Assembly (NCBI RefSeq): GCF_964188315.1
Contig: NC_135667.1
Span: forward strand, 13,330,001-13,394,000
Source of the DNA: Podarcis muralis
Lineage: Eukaryota
DNA length: 64,000 nucleotides
Direction: 5' to 3'
Shown here piece after piece: positions 60,390 through 64,000 of the stretch. The notes beneath the pieces were generated by a model. It was not told the DNA's origin. It searched no databases and was given only the letters and a program-made list of their open reading frames with translations. The translations under genes were made by a program, and so were the position numbers. Position 1 is the stretch's first letter; the number at the start of each line of letters is the position of its first letter.

Positions 60390-63300
60390 ATGGTGGTTTT
60401 AGTGGTCTTGCTGCTGAAACTGATTTCTTACAATGCATGTCAGGCTCACATAGGAAAATGCAGGCTTCAAAGTCCACACCGTCCACTTCAAACGTACCAT
60501 CAGCCAGGAGAGTTCCTCATTGGTGGTATTGCTTACCATGGTGGCTTCCTCTCCTCTGCAGCAACATTGACTGAGGAACCCCCACCAGCACTGCCTGAAG
60601 AGCTTGTGTAAGAACTAAGCCACTCATTCATTACAGCAGAGGAATGATCAAACCTAGAGTTGCAGCCTCAGCATAATGGCTGAGGCTGAAAACTTCTACC
60701 CATTGACCTAGGGATAAGCACTTTTGATTTCAGTGGGACATATGCTGATGTAAAAACACGTCGGAATGTCTTCTGAATTAAGAGAATACTCTCTAAGTTC
60801 CCATTTCTCAATAGGGAAATGAATATAATTGTATTGAAAAGTATATATATTTATTAGCCCTTTTGAACAACCAATTTTGATAGACTTTATCTGAGCAGGA
60901 GTGTTAGTGAGAATGAATTAAAAAAAACTTTACAGAAGCTGAATGCTCTTATTGTTTCATTTCCTGATCTTAGGCTAAAGTTTGTTTCACAATGACGGCA
61001 TATACAGTGGTACCTTGGGTTAAGTACTTAATTTGTTCTGGAGGTCTATTCTTAACCTGAAACTGTTCTTAACCTGAAGCACCACTTAACTAATGGGGCC
61101 TCCTGCTGCTGCCGTGCCGCCGGAGCACGATTACTGTTCTCATCCTGAAGCAAAATTCTTAACCCGAGGTACTATTTCTGTGTTAGCGGAGTCTGTGACC
61201 TGAAGCGTATGTTTCCTGAAGCTTATGTAACCTGAGGTACCACTGTAATATGAAGTAGAGAATGGTGTGAATTACAACCACCAACTCTGCCTCATGAATG
61301 AGGAAGGGGTCATTGCAGGAGAGAGCTCAGACACTTTGTAAATGTCAGGAAAAGACTTCAGATATTTCAGGGAAAGACCCCAGGGGTTCCAATGTTCCTA
61401 TGGGCACCACATTAGCAACCCCTGGTCTAGATACCATTGGCCTTAACAGGTCTTTACTGGAACAAAACTAACAAAATGAATTTCAGTAGGGGCAAATGTC
61501 ATGTTCTGCACTTAGGCAGGAAAAACCAGCTGTACAAATATAAGATGGGGAACACCTGGCTTGCCAGTGCTATGTGTGAAAAGTCTGCATCAACAGAAGC
61601 ATAGTACCCCAGTAAAAAAAACACACAGAAGAGCTCTCTTCTGCGCTGCACAGAACACACCTGGTATATTGTGTTCAGTTGTGTTCAGCACAATTTAAGA
61701 AGGATACTGACAAGCTACAACATGTGCAGAAGGGGTTGACACATATGATCAAGGGTCTGGAAGCCAAACCTTTTGAGGAAAAGTTGAGGGGGTTTGGTAT
61801 GTTTAGTTATGAAAATAGGAGACTGAGGGGATATAGGATAGCCATTTTCAAATATCTCAAGGGCTGTCACCAGGAAGATGGAGCAAGCTTGTTTTTTCTT
61901 GTTCCAGAGGGTAGGACCCGAACCAATGGATTCAAGTTGCAAGAAAGGAGATTCTGTGTAAACATGAGGAAGAACTTGCTGATTATAAGAACTGCTCAGC
62001 AGTGGAATGGACAGGGAGACAACTCCACTGAACTCAATAGGATTAACTATTGTAATTCAAATCTGTTCCTTCTGATACTGTTTCCAAATCTCATCCTAGG
62101 GTGTTGCCTAAGCTTTACCAGCACATCGTGGCCTTGGCATTTGCAGTCAAGGAGATCAATGAAGACCCTCAAATCTTACCCAATATCACCTTGGGTTTTC
62201 ACTTATATGACAGCTATAACAATGCAAGGAGCACATATCTCGCCATACTGCTACTTTTATCCAGGGTGGAGAAATTTGTCCCAAACTATATATGTGATGT
62301 TGAAAATAATCTTGCAGGAGTCATTGGGGGACTTGATTCTGAAATCTCCTTTTATGTGGCAACTGTTTTGGATATCTATAAGATTCCACAGGTAAGACAC
62401 CCATGTATGATACCTCTCTAAGCTTGCATAGAGAATAAGACTGATTTCACAGCACCAATTCAGAGTGTGTCACCAGTTCAGGGTGAGGATGAAATTGGGG
62501 GCAGAACCATGCACACCACCCTCACCAGCCATTTTTGGATTTGCAGAATTTCCTGCTTAAGAAGAAGGGTATCTGAATTGAGTTGCAGGGGAAGCGGGGG
62601 AATTGGTAATAGGATGAAAATTCACAAGGATTTCAGAGTACAATAATTATTTGCCTTCACGACACCACACCCAATATGTCAATATTTAGTGGGAAAGGGC
62701 TTTCAAATTAAACACACTCTGGAGTTATGGCAAATTGCAGATACAGTCCAGATCTGCATGAGAACAGCAATAGTATTCAGCAGCTGGTTCCAAAGTGAAA
62801 TAAATGTTCATAGATGAAGTCTGAGAAGTCTTGAAGGAGAAAAGGCAGAAATGGCAGTTCTGCTGTGTGTTGGGACATGTGCTTTGTGAAGACAAAAGAA
62901 GCTCCAGAGAAGAAATGTGTATCTGACCCAAGTGGCAGTTCTGAAGTGGCTGCAGTAAATAATGTCTAACGCAGTGTTAGGCAATCCTTTGTTTAGGACA
63001 TTGTGTGTCCCTCCATTCAGTTTAACCCTGACAGATTGGGAATATTATTATTTTTTTAAGAAAAGAAGAATATAATAGGGAAAATGCCCCTCTCTGGTCA
63101 ACAGAACAAATGTTTAACAAACAGGAATGAGAGATGGCCTCAATTTTGAGCCCATCTGCATGTGTGTCTTTTGTATAAATGAGAAAGGGCATGCAACCCC
63201 TGGTGGATGGCAAAGGGCATGTCTGACTGACAGGATTCACCACATAATAATGTATATGAATACAGTGGTACCTCAGGTTAAGAACTTAATTCGTTCCGGA

Positions 63301-64000
63301 GGTCCATTCTTAACCTGAAACTGTTCTTAACCTGAGGTACCACTTTAGCTAATCGGGCCTCCCGCTGCTGCCGCGCAATTTCCGTTCTTATCCTGAAGCA
63401 AAGTTCTTAACCTGAGGTACTATTTCTGGTTTCGCAGAGTCTGTATCCTGAAGCGTCTGTAACCTAAAGCATCTGTAACCCGAGGTACCACTGTAGTTTG
63501 AAAGAACTCTGCAAATATTACTTTGTCTCTTCTCTTCCTCCATTTAATTTTTAGCTCATTTATGGCTCTGCTCCAGTGATGAATGATAAAAGCCCAGGGC
63601 TTCCCTTCTACCAGATGGCAGCCTCAGAAGCCCTTCAGCATGAGGGAATTCTCTCTTTGCTTCTGCATTTCAGGTGGACGTGGATTGGAGTCATTGCAAT
63701 GGACAATGAAAATGGAGAAAGATTTGTGCAAACCATTTCCCCAATGTTTACCAAGAGTGGTGTCTGCTTTGAATTCATAGAAAGAATCCCCAATTTTAGT
63801 TTTCTTTCTGAAGTTGCTGACATGCTACAACAGGGTGCAACAATAAGCCAGAAAATTTTTATCAGCAATGCTAAGGTAGTGGTTGCCTCTGGAGAATCTT
63901 ACTCCATGGCAACTTTTATGGTGCTTTCACACATATCAAAACATGATGACAAGACCAAGTATGTAAAAAGTAAAGTATGGATAACTACAGCCCAGGTTGA
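60390..64000 (+). CDS. V2R gene E, 5' part (exons 60390-60607, 62100-62391, 63555-window end)
   Basis: Canonical splice sites and conserved exon sizes; open so far. Confidence 0.9.
61005..61245. mobile_element. Tc1/mariner-type MITE, intron 1 of gene E
   Basis: TA-flanked TIRs. Confidence 0.9.
61457..62016 (+). mobile_element. Old CR1 3' fragment, intron 1 of gene E
   Basis: Paralogous copy. Confidence 0.85.
63263..63493. mobile_element. Tc1/mariner-type MITE, intron 2 of gene E
   Basis: Near-identical to 53773-54003. Confidence 0.9.

Overview
Squamate (probably lacertid lizard) genomic DNA from a vomeronasal type-2 receptor (V2R) cluster; organism inferred from Sauria SINEs, BovB and V2R exon structure. 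Left part: a minus-strand V2R gene (exons 1-4 in window). Directly upstream of it is a 10.7-kb composite insertion (7922-18641): a Ngaro-type tyrosine-recombinase retrotransposon (gag, deleted RT/RNaseH, YR C-terminus, extra SGNH hydrolase ORF, split direct repeats with an extra A-C-B module) into which a full-length CR1 LINE has inserted. Then comes an intact single-exon olfactory receptor, followed by four tandem 9.5-13-kb units. Each unit carries a pseudogenic V2R exon-5/6 remnant and a plus-strand V2R gene: three complete 875-aa genes with canonical splice sites and a fourth cut by the window end. Best leads: (i) the Ngaro hydrolase ORF has no ATG but lies in frame behind the YR stop in a UGA-CUAG readthrough context, and also behind a strong splice acceptor in phase with two gag donors; (ii) a YY1/E-box array in the element leader; (iii) V2R paralogues that swap partners in a ~25-bp window of intron 2; (iv) a 5'-inverted (twin-primed) L1. 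All calls were made by eye from the sequence; no database searches were run.
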